This document shows, one piece after another, positions 1 to 9,693 of a stretch of 49,415 nucleotides of DNA (the first letter of the stretch is position 1; each line of letters starts with the position of its first letter). The stretch lies in contig CASTAV010000003.1 in the NCBI GenBank assembly GCA_949447165.1, forward strand, positions 1 through 49,415, read 5' to 3'. The translations under genes were made by a program, and so were the position numbers. The DNA comes from an uncultured Lachnospiraceae bacterium. GTDB taxonomy: Bacteria; Bacillota; Clostridia; Lachnospirales; Lachnospiraceae. The notes below the pieces were generated by a model that had not been told where the DNA came from, did no database searches, and was given only the letters and a program-made list of their open reading frames with translations.

Positions 1-105
1 ATGTACCTGTTCCCCCTGGTAATCCTCGCTGACTTTTGCCGCAATCTCTGCAATCCGCTTATCTACTTCCTCCTCAGATAACAACACGCGAACTGTTTCA
101 CTCAT
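1..105 (-). CDS. hprT: hypoxanthine phosphoribosyltransferase, N-terminal fragment (gene runs off the window start)
   Basis: Reverse complement of 1-105 reads ATG-SETVRVLLSEEEVDKRIAEIAAKVSEDYQGEQVH..., which resembles the HprT N-terminus. A GGAGG RBS lies 6 nt upstream. The ATG (103-105) overlaps the tilS TGA (102-104) as ATGA. The conserved order tilS-hprT-ftsH supports the call. Confidence 0.5.
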   Translation of the reverse strand, partial: MSETVRVLLSEEEVDKRIAEIAAKVSEDYQGEQVH

Positions 106-1502
106 TTTTCATCCTCCATATATCGTACTTCCAAAATCTTTTTCGTTTGTTCCGTAACTTTATAATATTCGCTGATACGCCATCCAAGCGCCCATAAGAT
201 ATGAGACCCGTCCGCAAGAAGCCATATATTGCTCCGCATGGACCTGGGCACTTTCTCATTGATCCAATAGTCTTTAAGCTTTTGCCTGTGTCCCTTGGCA
301 TCCAGCACAAAATAATCGCCAGGCTCTCTGGTTCTAAAATAAAGCCTGTTTTTTATCTTATCATAATCAAACCATTTCGTATACAGATTTTTGGGAAATT
401 TTACATCTTTTTTATTTTTTTCCATTAGACGGCAGCATATTTTTCCGCCGGATACGGTTCGTTCCAACGGAAATTCCGTAAGCGAAACGGCTTCAAATTT
501 TTCTTCCGCTTCTGGCTTTTTTGCCCTTTGGTAAAAAAGGAGCGTCCCATATGCCTTCTTCGCCACAATCCCGTAAGGCAGGGAAATCTGCCTGCCTGTC
601 CTGCCAACAGACAAATCCAAAATCGCGTTTGCGTGTTCCCTCGCCAAATCTTTCCTGCTCCCTGAAAGCTCCGCCAAAAGCTCCAAAAAGACCTGTTTTT
701 TTAGGACAGACGGATACGCATCAAATCCAGCAAGCGTCAGGCTGGTTTCCCCCTCTTTCGTTTTTTCCCGATATTTTTCCAATAGTTTTTGCGACTCGTT
801 TTGCAGATAGGCAGAAAGCTCCAATGCATCTTCTGCCAAATGGTTGATATGCGCCGCCGCTTTTTTATTTACTTTTGCAAGCTGTGGCATAATACAGTTT
901 CTTATACGGTTCCTGCTGTATGCAGTATCCGCATTTGTCGCATCCGTCCGGTATGCCTGCCCGATTTCTTTCAGATAAGCTTCGACGTCCCTTCTGCCAA
1001 CGCAAAGGAGCGGACGGATCAGGTTTCCCCGCGCAGGGTATATTCCCGCTAAGCCTTCTATCCCGCTTCCGCGGCACAAATGAAACAACAGCGTTTCCGC
1101 ATTGTCATCGGCATGATGCGCAAGCGCCGTCTTTGCCCGTCCGCCAAAACGCTCCATTTCCCGCGCATACGCTTTTCTTCTGACATTCCTTCCCGCCTCC
1201 TCCACGGAAATCCCTTCCGCTTTTGAAAGTTCCTCCACCGGATACGCATAGGCAGAAAACGGCACATCATACGCTTCTGAAAGCCTGCGGACAAATTCCT
1301 GATCCAAAACGCTTTCCCGGCCGCGAATCCCATGTTCAATATGCACTGCCGATACTGTAAATCCCATTGGGCGGCGCAACGCCTCTAATATCCGGAACAA
1401 ACAGACAGAATCCGCCCCGCCCGACACGCCTATACAGATATGATCTCCTTTTTCCACCATATGATGCTGTTCCATATATGATCTTACCCGTTCAATCATC
1501 AC
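102..1502 (-). CDS. tilS: tRNA(Ile)-lysidine synthetase (PP-loop ATPase)
   Basis: 466-aa ORF with the PP-loop SGGADS motif (ICIGVSGGADSVCL). It sits immediately downstream of spoIIE, as in Bacillus and Clostridium genomes. Confidence 0.85.
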   Translation of the reverse strand: MMIERVRSYMEQHHMVEKGDHICIGVSGGADSVCLFRILEALRRPMGFTVSAVHIEHGIRGRESVLDQEFVRRLSEAYDVPFSAYAYPVEELSKAEGISVEEAGRNVRRKAYAREMERFGGRAKTALAHHADDNAETLLFHLCRGSGIEGLAGIYPARGNLIRPLLCVGRRDVEAYLKEIGQAYRTDATNADTAYSRNRIRNCIMPQLAKVNKKAAAHINHLAEDALELSAYLQNESQKLLEKYREKTKEGETSLTLAGFDAYPSVLKKQVFLELLAELSGSRKDLAREHANAILDLSVGRTGRQISLPYGIVAKKAYGTLLFYQRAKKPEAEEKFEAVSLTEFPLERTVSGGKICCRLMEKNKKDVKFPKNLYTKWFDYDKIKNRLYFRTREPGDYFVLDAKGHRQKLKDYWINEKVPRSMRSNIWLLADGSHILWALGWRISEYYKVTEQTKKILEVRYMEDEK

Positions 1503-1602
1503 TTTTCCCTTTTCCGGTTTTTAACCGTCCCATTCTTTTGTCAATTTTCCCCCGCCGTCCCGCGTTTGCATCTGGCTGTTTTCCCTTGCCAATTTTCTTT
1601 TT

Positions 1603-3507
1603 TCAATTTTCCCAGATCGCCGCCGCAAGCACTGTCATGTCGTCCCTTACCTCGCCGCCTGTGTAATCCATCACTTTATCTAAAATCTTTTTTGCCAGAA
1701 GCGCCGGGTGATTGGTCTTTATGTCCGATATAATCCCTTCCATTGTTTCTTCCGGTTTTTCCGTATGCAGATATTCTAACACACCGTCCGTAATCATTAC
1801 AAGGAAATCCCCGTCACAAAGCCGCTTTTTCGCCTGTTCAATCTCTATTTCAAAACTAACGCCGACCGGAAGCGACGTGGACAAAAGGCACTCCACGCCT
1901 CCGTCCCTATGGCGGATAAATGTAGCCGACGCGCCTATTTTATAAAAAGACGTCTCTCCCGTATAGAGGTTGACTGATGAAATATCCACCGTCGAATAAT
2001 TATCGTCCTCCCCATGGATCACCATTGCAGAATTTAACATACGGATTGCCGTATCTTTCGTAAATCCCGCCTCAATAAACCGTTCCAGCAAATCAACGAC
2101 AAGTTCGCTCTCTTTACATGCCCGCGCGCCAAACCCCATTCCGTCGGAAAGGGAAAGCACCAGCTCCCCGTCCTCTTTTTCCAAACATGAAAAATTATCG
2201 CCCGAAACTTTCGCCCCGTCTTTTACCATACGCGCCACCCCATGCACAGCATGAAACAGCGGCATTTCTTCAAATACGACTTCCATCAGATCCTTTCCGA
2301 TAAATGTTTTCGTGTCCTTATGCGGTTTCATATTCAAATCAAGCGGCAAAGCCACCGCTTTTGTCAGCTCTTTCATCGCAATACTGTTTCCCCAGCGGGA
2401 ACGAGCCGTTACAAAAGCCTGAATATGCCCGTCGTTTTTCCGGTACAAATGGATTTCCTCTATCGCAATGCCATGTTCCCTTGCGCGGTACCGGATTTCT
2501 GAAATTTTGCGTTTTTCTTCCTGATCTAAAAGTTTTGCTTCATGGACACAGTCCTGCATAATAAACGCCATTGCATCTAGCTGCTGGGCTATCACCTCCC
2601 GATTCTCCAATAACCGGTTATACCATGCTTTATTTGCCCTTGCCTGCTCAAACACTGCCGCCGCTTCCCACTCCACATGCGCGGCGTAATGGCAGCGCCG
2701 TTCCAATTCCTGTTTCGTTTCTTCGTCCGCTTCCCCATTTTTCCAAAGGCTTTCCGTCAGCCTGCCAAAAAGACGGTACATCGTATCATTTGCAGGCTCC
2801 CAGCAGACTGCGCAGGTATCACATCCACTGCAAATGCGTCCGGTGATTTCCTGCTGAATCTGCCCCATATCCTCTGCATCCATATCCGTCCGCCGCTCCA
2901 TAGACAAAAATGTCTTTGACAAACCTTCAAAACTTTTCGCATAATTCCGAAGCCTTTGTTCCTGATACCCCTCTTTGGGGCGTCCCGTATGAAAAACAGG
3001 TTCTTTTTCTTCTAAAAATAAATGCGCGCCCCGCGCCGCTAATATCGTAAAGCCAAAAATAAACAACGCTTCAAATACCGCCGCCGCCATTGTGACCCTG
3101 TTGCGAATGTCAAATATTCCGCCAAACACCGAGAGCGCAAGCGTCCCGCCCGATGCGGCAATCGCCGCAACAACGGCATAACAGCGCTTTTCCACCCATT
3201 CTGACATACGCACAGCGATCGTGATGACCAACAGGGACATCGCATACTTTGCAATCACCGAAATAGGAAGAAATGCCGCCATTCCCGCTAACATACCCAC
3301 GGACAAAAGCCACCGCCCCTGTTCCTCTAAATAGACGGCCGCAAAAAATGCCGGTACAAGCGGGTAACATCCCATAACTGATATACGGCAGACAAAAGCC
3401 CCCGCAACACTAAGCGCCAACTGTTTCCATCCTGTTCGTTTCATGTCCATACCTATAATCCTCCTGTATTCCATTTTTTTCCTGAAACTAAGTGGCATTA
3501 TACGCAT
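1603..3507 (-). CDS. spoIIE: stage II sporulation protein E (PP2C-type Ser phosphatase with N-terminal multi-TM domain)
   Basis: 634-aa ORF with a hydrophobic N-terminal ~300 aa and a C-terminal PP2C-like domain (DGMGFG...MITDGV). Position upstream of tilS matches the conserved locus. Confidence 0.8.
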   Translation of the reverse strand: MRIMPLSFRKKMEYRRIIGMDMKRTGWKQLALSVAGAFVCRISVMGCYPLVPAFFAAVYLEEQGRWLLSVGMLAGMAAFLPISVIAKYAMSLLVITIAVRMSEWVEKRCYAVVAAIAASGGTLALSVFGGIFDIRNRVTMAAAVFEALFIFGFTILAARGAHLFLEEKEPVFHTGRPKEGYQEQRLRNYAKSFEGLSKTFLSMERRTDMDAEDMGQIQQEITGRICSGCDTCAVCWEPANDTMYRLFGRLTESLWKNGEADEETKQELERRCHYAAHVEWEAAAVFEQARANKAWYNRLLENREVIAQQLDAMAFIMQDCVHEAKLLDQEEKRKISEIRYRAREHGIAIEEIHLYRKNDGHIQAFVTARSRWGNSIAMKELTKAVALPLDLNMKPHKDTKTFIGKDLMEVVFEEMPLFHAVHGVARMVKDGAKVSGDNFSCLEKEDGELVLSLSDGMGFGARACKESELVVDLLERFIEAGFTKDTAIRMLNSAMVIHGEDDNYSTVDISSVNLYTGETSFYKIGASATFIRHRDGGVECLLSTSLPVGVSFEIEIEQAKKRLCDGDFLVMITDGVLEYLHTEKPEETMEGIISDIKTNHPALLAKKILDKVMDYTGGEVRDDMTVLAAAIWEN

Positions 3508-3557
3508 GGACGCTTGAAATGTTTGTCAAACGGTCGGGGCCGTTCTAAAAACTTTTC

Positions 3558-3598
3558 GCCAAAAATGCCCTCGAAATGTAGATTCGAGGGCATTTATC
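3558..3598 (-). terminator. Rho-independent terminator downstream of the divIC/ftsB-like gene
   Basis: Perfect 13-bp inverted repeat aaatgccctcgaa (3563-3575) / ttcgagggcattt (3583-3595) with a 7-nt loop. It is flanked by an A-run (3561-3565), which reads as a U-run on the minus strand, and by a T-run on the plus strand, so it could act bidirectionally. Confidence 0.55.
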
Positions 3599-3615
3599 CT
3601 TTTTAATATCTTCTC

Positions 3616-3906
3616 CTAGCGTTCTTTAAAAATAATCTCATTTTCATAAACGAGGCCTAATTTACTTTTGGCTGTATCTTCTATGTATTCTTTGCTTCCC
3701 ATGTACTCCTTGTAATCAGAAATCTTTTTCTCCCGATTTTTCTCCTCCTCTAACTGTGCTCTTAATTCCGCTTCCCTCGCAATATATTCCATGTCTTTCT
3801 GATACACCCTGAAAATCTGGACTGACATCACGAGCAGTAGAAAAATCACGATATAGGCAATGCTTGCCCGTCCCGCCTGCTTATTCTTTTTTCGATTTCT
3901 GCGCAT
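3616..3906 (-). CDS. septum formation initiator family protein (FtsB/DivIC-like)
   Basis: 96 aa with an N-terminal K/R tail, a single TM helix and a coiled-coil (AELRAQLEEEKNREKKI). It lies between yabQ and spoIIE, as divIC does in B. subtilis. The ORF ends with a TAG stop. Confidence 0.65.
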   Translation of the reverse strand: MRRNRKKNKQAGRASIAYIVIFLLLVMSVQIFRVYQKDMEYIAREAELRAQLEEEKNREKKISDYKEYMGSKEYIEDTAKSKLGLVYENEIIFKER

Positions 3907-3938
3907 AGAAACTACCTCTTAACTGCTATTGCATTACT

Positions 3939-4385
3939 TTATTGCTTGCTGATTCCTATCTTAAACGCTTTTCGGATTTTTTTCAATTCTTTTTTAAAAA
4001 ATAAGGAAACTTTTTTTGCCGGCTTTGTAAAAACTGAAACTATCTTACGGATTAGTTTAATCCATTTCTTTAAAATCCACACAAAAAAACGGACAATAAA
4101 CGGACTAAGCAGTTTATTTTCCAAAAGCATACCAACCGCGGCGCCTCCTATGACAAACCAGCGCAAAAGCCCGCCGTTTTCCTCATAAAGCAGGGCAAAA
4201 ATCCCAATCGCGCAGATAAGCCAATAGATGACGTCCTCCACCGCCAAAAACGCTGTTTTATGCTTTAACAGATGACGGAATATGCGAAGCATGTCATAAA
4301 GCATCATAAGCCCTGCGCCAAACAATACGGAAGCCAATAATAAACTGCCTTCCCCCGCAATCGTTTCGCTGACTGCGCCGCTCAT
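3939..4385 (-). CDS. yabQ: spore cortex biosynthesis membrane protein YabQ-like
   Basis: 148-aa multi-TM protein immediately downstream of yabP, with a 4-nt overlap. The assignment rests on conserved yabP-yabQ-divIC synteny. Confidence 0.5.
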   Translation of the reverse strand: MSGAVSETIAGEGSLLLASVLFGAGLMMLYDMLRIFRHLLKHKTAFLAVEDVIYWLICAIGIFALLYEENGGLLRWFVIGGAAVGMLLENKLLSPFIVRFFVWILKKWIKLIRKIVSVFTKPAKKVSLFFKKELKKIRKAFKIGISKQ

Positions 4386-4666
4386 TTAAATAACCGCCCA
4401 AAAAAAGATTCGGCCTGTTTCCCATAATCTTTTACTTCAGAATAGGCTAAGGAATCAATTCGGCCTTCAATGTCCACTTCCCCTTTTTCTAAACTTAAGC
4501 GGTTTACATGAAGGTCATTCCCCTTAATTAAAAGCATCCCCTGTTCCGTTTCTAAAAGGATTTCAGCAACGTCAAAAGAAAGCACGTCTACCACCCCGCT
4601 GAAATTTCCCGTCTTACGGTTATTAAGCAGAACCTTGTGTGATTTATTTCCTGTCTTTTCTTCCAT
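4382..4666 (-). CDS. yabP: sporulation protein YabP
   Basis: 94 aa. Its sequence (GNFSGVVDVLSFDVAEILLETEQGMLLIKGNDLHV) is typical of the YabP family, and the synteny fits. Confidence 0.7.
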   Translation of the reverse strand: MEEKTGNKSHKVLLNNRKTGNFSGVVDVLSFDVAEILLETEQGMLLIKGNDLHVNRLSLEKGEVDIEGRIDSLAYSEVKDYGKQAESFFGRLFK

Positions 4667-4748
4667 ACCTACCTCCTGCCAGAATGGTTGTCTGTTCTTT
4701 TAATTATATTAGGAGGCGTTTACATTTATGCCACGGACGGGCATTTGC

Positions 4749-4967
4749 TTATAAATACCGGAACATTTCTTTTGCATCTTCTTTTCTGACGGATTCTAAA
4801 AGCGAAAGGACTTCGGCTTTTACTGTTTTTTGCCCAAACGCGATTTCTATAATATCCCCAACTTTCACCTTTACGGAAGCTTTCGCCGGCTTGCCGTTTA
4901 TAGAAAACCTTGCAACTGTGCGGCGTTTGATTAAACGGGATACTTTTAAAAATTTGTCAAGTCTCAT
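4749..4967 (-). CDS. yabO: S4-domain RNA-binding protein (YabO/Hsp15-like)
   Basis: 72 aa beginning MRLDKFLKVSRLIKRR, an S4 domain signature. It lies between hup and yabP. Confidence 0.7.
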   Translation of the reverse strand: MRLDKFLKVSRLIKRRTVARFSINGKPAKASVKVKVGDIIEIAFGQKTVKAEVLSLLESVRKEDAKEMFRYL

Positions 4968-4989
4968 CTTTCTTTCTCCTATTCCTTAG

Positions 4990-5020
4990 ATAAAAATACA
5001 GAGGGCATGCCGCCCTCTGT
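4990..5020 (-). terminator. Rho-independent terminator downstream of hup
   Basis: 9-bp stem acagagggc (4998-5006) / gccctctgt (5012-5020) with a 5-nt loop. On the minus strand it is followed by a U-run (reverse complement of aaaaat, 4991-4996). Confidence 0.5.
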
Positions 5021-5042
5021 CAATGTTATCAATGAACCAAAC

Positions 5043-5318
5043 TTATGCGTTCACCATATCTTTTAATGCCTTTCCGGCTTTAAATTTCGGAGCTTTCGAA
5101 GCCGGAATCGATATTTCTTCCTTTGTATGCGGATTGCGGCCGATTCTTGCAGCCCGCTCTGATACTTCAAACGTGCCAAAGCCGACCAACTGAATTTTTT
5201 CACCTTTTTTTAATTCTTCAGTTACAACATCTGTAAATGCCTTCAATGCTGCTTCTGCATCTTTTTTCGATAATCCGGTCTGCTCAGCCATAGCTGCAAC
5301 TAATTCTGTCTTGTTCAT
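5043..5318 (-). CDS. hup: DNA-binding protein HU
   Basis: 91 aa, MNKTELVAAMAEQTGLSKKDAEAALKAF...GFGTFEVSERAARIGRNP, a canonical HU/IHF family fold. An AGGAGG RBS lies 9 nt upstream. Confidence 0.9.
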   Translation of the reverse strand: MNKTELVAAMAEQTGLSKKDAEAALKAFTDVVTEELKKGEKIQLVGFGTFEVSERAARIGRNPHTKEEISIPASKAPKFKAGKALKDMVNA

Positions 5319-5364
5319 TAAAAATTCCTCCTGTGGATTGTCATTAATTCAGGTTCTTTTTACC

Positions 5365-5393
5365 TATATGAATATATATACTTGTTTTACCTA
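5365..5393 (-). promoter_or_regulatory. sigma-A-like promoter for hup (-35 TTGACA, 17-nt spacer, -10 TATATA)
   Basis: The minus strand reads TTGACAaatataggtaaaacaagTATATA, with the -35 at 5388-5393 and the -10 at 5365-5370. The region also holds a direct repeat ATATAGGTAAAA x2. Confidence 0.4.
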
Positions 5394-5434
5394 TATTTGT
5401 CAAGGAAAAGTCTTGTTTTTTCTGATTTACCGGA

Positions 5435-7171
5435 CTAGATCAGCTTTTCTACCATCTCAAGCGTGGCCGCCCCTAATGCTTTTACCTGTTCTTCTGATTC
5501 CTGAATTGATGATCCTTTTACGCCAATATAAAATTTTACTTTTGGCTCTGTCCCTGAAGGACGGACGCATACCCATGCATCGTCTGTGAGTTCGTAATAT
5601 AACACATTCGACTTCGGCAGTCCGGTCGGACGCGTCTCTTTTGTCTTCGCATCAGTGATTATGCCCTCGCTGTAGTCACGGATGGCAAGCGCGTCATACC
5701 CTCCAATTACAGCCGGAGGATCTTTGCGGAGTGAGCTTAAGATATTCTTAATTTTCTCTAAGCCTTCCATTCCCTTTAACGTAATGGATTCGACATGGTC
5801 CTGATAATAGCCGTATCTCTCATAAAGGTCAGACATCGCATCCCAAAGGGTTTTCCCTTGTGTTTTATAAAATGCCGCCGCTTCGCACAAGAACATTGTC
5901 GCCGCCACTGCGTCTTTGTCCCTCGCATATGTGCCCGGCAGACATCCATAGCTTTCTTCCATCCCAAACAGATACGTCCCTTTTCCTGTCCGCTCAAATT
6001 CTAAAATCTGCTGTCCGATAAACTTAAATCCGGTCAGCACTTCAATCAGCTCCACTCCATAATAGTTTGCAATGGCATCCGCCATATTCGTCGTCACAAT
6101 CGAGCGGATATATGCGCCGTCTTTTGGCAGGCTGCCTTTGACCGCTTTGGTCTGCCCAATAATATAATCCGCAATTAAACATCCGGACATGTTCCCCGTA
6201 AGCATATGGTATCCGCCGTTCGTTTGATCTTTCACATAAACGCCGAGACGGTCTGCATCCGGATCAGTCGCAAGCACAAGATCCGCATCTTCTTTTTTTG
6301 CAAGCGCAAGCGCAAGCTCATACGCTTCAGGCGCTTCCGGATTCGGATAGCCGACGGTTGGGAAATCCCCATCGGGCAGTTCCTGCTCTTTTACGACAAA
6401 TACATGTTGAAACCCTAAATCCTTTAAAATCGCGCGCACTGGGATATTTCCGGTTCCATGAAGCGGCGTATAGACGATTTTTAACTCATCTTTCACAGCG
6501 TCAATGGCCTCCTGATGAATAACAAGCTTTTTAATTTCTTCCATATAAGAACGGTCAATTTCTTCCCCGATTACGACATAGAGCCCTTCTTCTAACGCTT
6601 TCTCTTTCTCCATCGTCAAAACGGATGCGTAATCCGTAACGGCTTTTACTTCCTCCATAATTCCCGTATCATGCGGCGGCGTAATTTGAGCCCCGTCTTC
6701 CCAGTACACCTTATAGCCGTTATATTCTGCCGGATTATGGCTTGCCGTAATGTTAATGCCTGCCGTACAGTTTAATTTACGGACTGCATAAGACAATTCC
6801 GGCGTTGGACGAAGCGATTCAAACACATATGCCTTAATGCCGTTTGCCGCAAGGCAAAGAGCGGCTTCGTCAGCAAATTCCGGTGACATGCGCCTTGAAT
6901 CGTAAGCGATTGCCACGCCTTTATCTGAAGCGTTTACTTTTTTAATATAATTTGCAAGCCCCTGAGTCGCTTTCCGGACCGTATAGACATTCATACGGTT
7001 TGTCCCTGCCCCGATAATGCCGCGGAGCCCTGCTGTGCCAAATTCCAGTTCCGTGTAAAATCTTTCTTCCTTTTCTTTCTCGTCTTCTGCGATTCCCCTT
7101 AATTCCGCCTTCACTTCCTCGTCAAAATACGGATTTGTAATCCATTCCTGATAAGTTTCTTTGTAATTCAT
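5435..7171 (-). CDS. phospho-sugar mutase (alpha-D-phosphohexomutase family; phosphoglucomutase/phosphomannomutase)
   Basis: 578 aa with the active-site loop TASHNPAEYNGYKV and the Mg-binding DPDADR motif. An AGGAGG RBS is present. Confidence 0.85.
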   Translation of the reverse strand: MNYKETYQEWITNPYFDEEVKAELRGIAEDEKEKEERFYTELEFGTAGLRGIIGAGTNRMNVYTVRKATQGLANYIKKVNASDKGVAIAYDSRRMSPEFADEAALCLAANGIKAYVFESLRPTPELSYAVRKLNCTAGINITASHNPAEYNGYKVYWEDGAQITPPHDTGIMEEVKAVTDYASVLTMEKEKALEEGLYVVIGEEIDRSYMEEIKKLVIHQEAIDAVKDELKIVYTPLHGTGNIPVRAILKDLGFQHVFVVKEQELPDGDFPTVGYPNPEAPEAYELALALAKKEDADLVLATDPDADRLGVYVKDQTNGGYHMLTGNMSGCLIADYIIGQTKAVKGSLPKDGAYIRSIVTTNMADAIANYYGVELIEVLTGFKFIGQQILEFERTGKGTYLFGMEESYGCLPGTYARDKDAVAATMFLCEAAAFYKTQGKTLWDAMSDLYERYGYYQDHVESITLKGMEGLEKIKNILSSLRKDPPAVIGGYDALAIRDYSEGIITDAKTKETRPTGLPKSNVLYYELTDDAWVCVRPSGTEPKVKFYIGVKGSSIQESEEQVKALGAATLEMVEKLI

Positions 7172-7192
7172 CTGCTTCCTCCTCTTTGCATT

Positions 7193-8566
7193 TTATTGAT
7201 CTCTCAAATCATCATATCCATTGCCTGATGATGAGCTGTTACTGTTGTTTTGGCTGTTCTCGTTTTCCTTTTTATTGGCAGAAGTTAATAAATTATACAA
7301 TGTCGTCAGATAATCCTGCTGCTGGGCCGCATTGTTATTATTCTGGTTATTGTTGTTCTGGTTATTATTGTTATTGTTTTGGTTATTGTTATTCTGATTA
7401 TTATTGTTATTGTTTTGGTTATTCTGATTATTATTGTTATTATTTTGGTTATTATTGTTGTTTTGATTATTCTGGCTTCCGCCGGTTTCATCTGAAGATG
7501 TGTTTTTTGAAGGCGACGTAAGCGCAATTTCAATTTCCGCCTCTTTCGAATTTACGACTAATTTCTTCGTTACCCTTTCATACCCTTCCGCCTCTAAAGC
7601 AATCGTATGCGTCCCGTACGCCAGCTCAAGAGGCGCAGAGTAATCGGCCTGTTTGCCGTCTATAAATAAAAGGGCGCCTTCCACACCGACCCGAAATGTA
7701 ATCTTACACAGTTTCGGCCCTTCTCCTTTTAGTTCGTCGAGGTTTAGGCTAAGCGTCTGATTTCTCTCAATAACGACTTCCTTGCTCCCGCCATACCCAT
7801 TATTTGCCACTGTCACAAGATGGGCGCCTTCCGGAACTTCAATCTTCATGTTCTTTTCAACTTCCTGAAATATTTTCTCGCCAATGCAGATAAAGCTGCC
7901 TTCAAACAGCTTTGTATTGGAAAGCGCCAGATACCCATGCCCCTTTGTCACTGCAAGGGAAAGGATTTTTTTATCTTGTCCGACAGCCCGTAACACATCT
8001 TCTGCCCCTAAACTTCTAAATTCAACGGAAGAATCTCCGGAAAATATTTTCATATCCGGTTCATAGGAAAAAATCTTCTGCCCAATCGTCACTGCATGGA
8101 TTTCCTCATCCACAGAATAATTCACAATATTCTCCTGAACCCAGACTTGATCCGACAACTGTACGGCAGTAAGACGCTGATCTCGTTCCTCTATCTGAAG
8201 CTCTACGGCGTCGCCGGACAAAAAGGATTCCGCAGATTTCGTATTTCCATATTTATCCAAAAACTGCGTTCCGGTATCGTAAGCGTACTGCGCCGCCCTG
8301 CCGTTTGAGGCTTTTTTTACATCTACTGTTTTTTGCGCGGCATCCACGCCCGTCAAGATATAAAGCTCCGCTGTTTCTTCTGCATTAGAATCGGCTGTTT
8401 CCGTTTCCAGAACGGCTTGTGTGTCCGCTCCGGTTCCTCTCCGCCTTGTAACTATGCCGCTGTCTGAAGAACTGCCACAGGCGCAGACGGTCACGGAAAA
8501 ACAGATTGCCGCCAATATCATAAAACTATTCTTTCGTATCCTCATCGATTCTCTCCATTTATCCAT
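7193..8566 (-). CDS. PEGA-domain lipoprotein with N/Q-rich low-complexity C-terminal tail
   Basis: Lipoprotein signal peptide (MRIRKNSFMILAAICFSVTVCACGSS) and PEGA motifs (IEVPEGAHLVTVANNGYG). The C-terminal ~70 aa consist of N/Q repeats (NNQNNNNNQNNNNNNQ...). Confidence 0.6.
   Translation of the reverse strand: MDKWRESMRIRKNSFMILAAICFSVTVCACGSSSDSGIVTRRRGTGADTQAVLETETADSNAEETAELYILTGVDAAQKTVDVKKASNGRAAQYAYDTGTQFLDKYGNTKSAESFLSGDAVELQIEERDQRLTAVQLSDQVWVQENIVNYSVDEEIHAVTIGQKIFSYEPDMKIFSGDSSVEFRSLGAEDVLRAVGQDKKILSLAVTKGHGYLALSNTKLFEGSFICIGEKIFQEVEKNMKIEVPEGAHLVTVANNGYGGSKEVVIERNQTLSLNLDELKGEGPKLCKITFRVGVEGALLFIDGKQADYSAPLELAYGTHTIALEAEGYERVTKKLVVNSKEAEIEIALTSPSKNTSSDETGGSQNNQNNNNNQNNNNNNQNNQNNNNNNQNNNNQNNNNNNQNNNNQNNNNAAQQQDYLTTLYNLLTSANKKENENSQNNSNSSSSGNGYDDLRDQ
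7300..7480. repeat. AAT/AAC/CAG codon microsatellite-like repeats encoding the N/Q tract
   Basis: Degenerate tandem ttattgttattgttttgg units inside the lipoprotein CDS. Confidence 0.6.
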
Positions 8567-8600
8567 TCCATATTATCCGAAACATTATACCACATTTTTT

Positions 8601-9602
8601 TTAATTTGTGAAATGAAACAATAGTTTTAAAAACTGTTCTCTCTGTGGTTCCTGCTCCATTACTTTTTCCAGTTTTTCAATATCTCTCCCAGAAACCCAT
8701 GATTTTCGGGAACTACAGTAGTGATTGGCGATTTTCCAATACTTTTTGGGATACGCAAGCCGCAGATAAAGCTGTTCCAATTCCTCCGGCAGAAGCTTCC
8801 TTACGCTGTCATACGCTGAAATAAGCTCTATGCCAAGCCCTGTGTTCCAGTTGTATTTTTCCAGAATTTTACGGACAAAATTGGCAAGGTCACGCGCCAG
8901 CATATCGTAAGACATCTGCTCAAAATTAATTAACGCCCATTCTCCCTGTGAATACACTACATTATGCTGGTTATAGTCCCCATGGCAAAGCCCCCGCATT
9001 TGGCATAATGTGTCTTCGCTAAGCCGCCCAAACTGGTTCCTAAGCTGTATTGTCACTTCATTTGCCTGTGTCCGGTACTTTTCATATACCTTCATAAACA
9101 GCATTTCAAATTCATTCTTTTTGTTCTTATTGCGGATATAATTTTTAACCTTATTTAACTCCCTGTTATGGCGTTCGTATTCATTTAACAGGCTGTATCG
9201 ATCCGCCTTTAAAAATTCCGGAATCTCTTTTTCATATTGTTTCGTCAGTTTATGTAACTGCGCCAGCTTTTTTATAGCGGCTAAAATATCGTCCCGGTTT
9301 TTCACGTCGCATTCCCTGCCCAGATACCAGTTCTTTAACAGGTAAAACGTATCGTTTATCTCATCTTTTACGAGGATTTCTCCGGTTTTTGCAGGAAATG
9401 CCGTCTCTACGGCAATCCCCTGCTTATTTAAATATTCCAATATATCATATAAAAAAGCCGCCCGTTCTTTTGAGCCGCGAAATTCCCGTAAAAGCATCGC
9501 GCCTTTGTCAGTATCACAGTTCAGGGCTCCGCGTCCTTTTGCCGTGCTTCTGACTTCCACTTCATATTGTTCCAGAATTTCTTCTTCCCGATTATACACC
9601 AA
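8601..9602 (-). CDS. CotS-family spore coat protein / aminoglycoside-phosphotransferase-like kinase
   Basis: 333 aa with an APH/CotS-type catalytic motif (LCHGDYNQHNVVY) and a Brenner-like region. Confidence 0.5.
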   Translation of the reverse strand: MVYNREEEILEQYEVEVRSTAKGRGALNCDTDKGAMLLREFRGSKERAAFLYDILEYLNKQGIAVETAFPAKTGEILVKDEINDTFYLLKNWYLGRECDVKNRDDILAAIKKLAQLHKLTKQYEKEIPEFLKADRYSLLNEYERHNRELNKVKNYIRNKNKKNEFEMLFMKVYEKYRTQANEVTIQLRNQFGRLSEDTLCQMRGLCHGDYNQHNVVYSQGEWALINFEQMSYDMLARDLANFVRKILEKYNWNTGLGIELISAYDSVRKLLPEELEQLYLRLAYPKKYWKIANHYCSSRKSWVSGRDIEKLEKVMEQEPQREQFLKLLFHFTN

Positions 9603-9693
9603 AACCCCTCCATATGATTCTATTCCACTTCATCTACCATTTCCGTACAATCCGTGTCTTTTAAACATATGAAAAGAGTTTTGATTTTATGCT

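Noticed and set aside
98-310. 70-aa minus-strand ORF at the window start
   Set aside because: It is an alternative frame inside tilS. The real feature here is the hprT start overlapping the tilS stop.
7186-7521. Plus-strand 111-aa Cys/Tyr-rich ORF (CYYSGYCCSGYYCYC...)
   Set aside because: It is the antisense reading of the N/Q codon repeats of the minus-strand lipoprotein gene. It has no RBS and is pure low-complexity, so it is an artifact.
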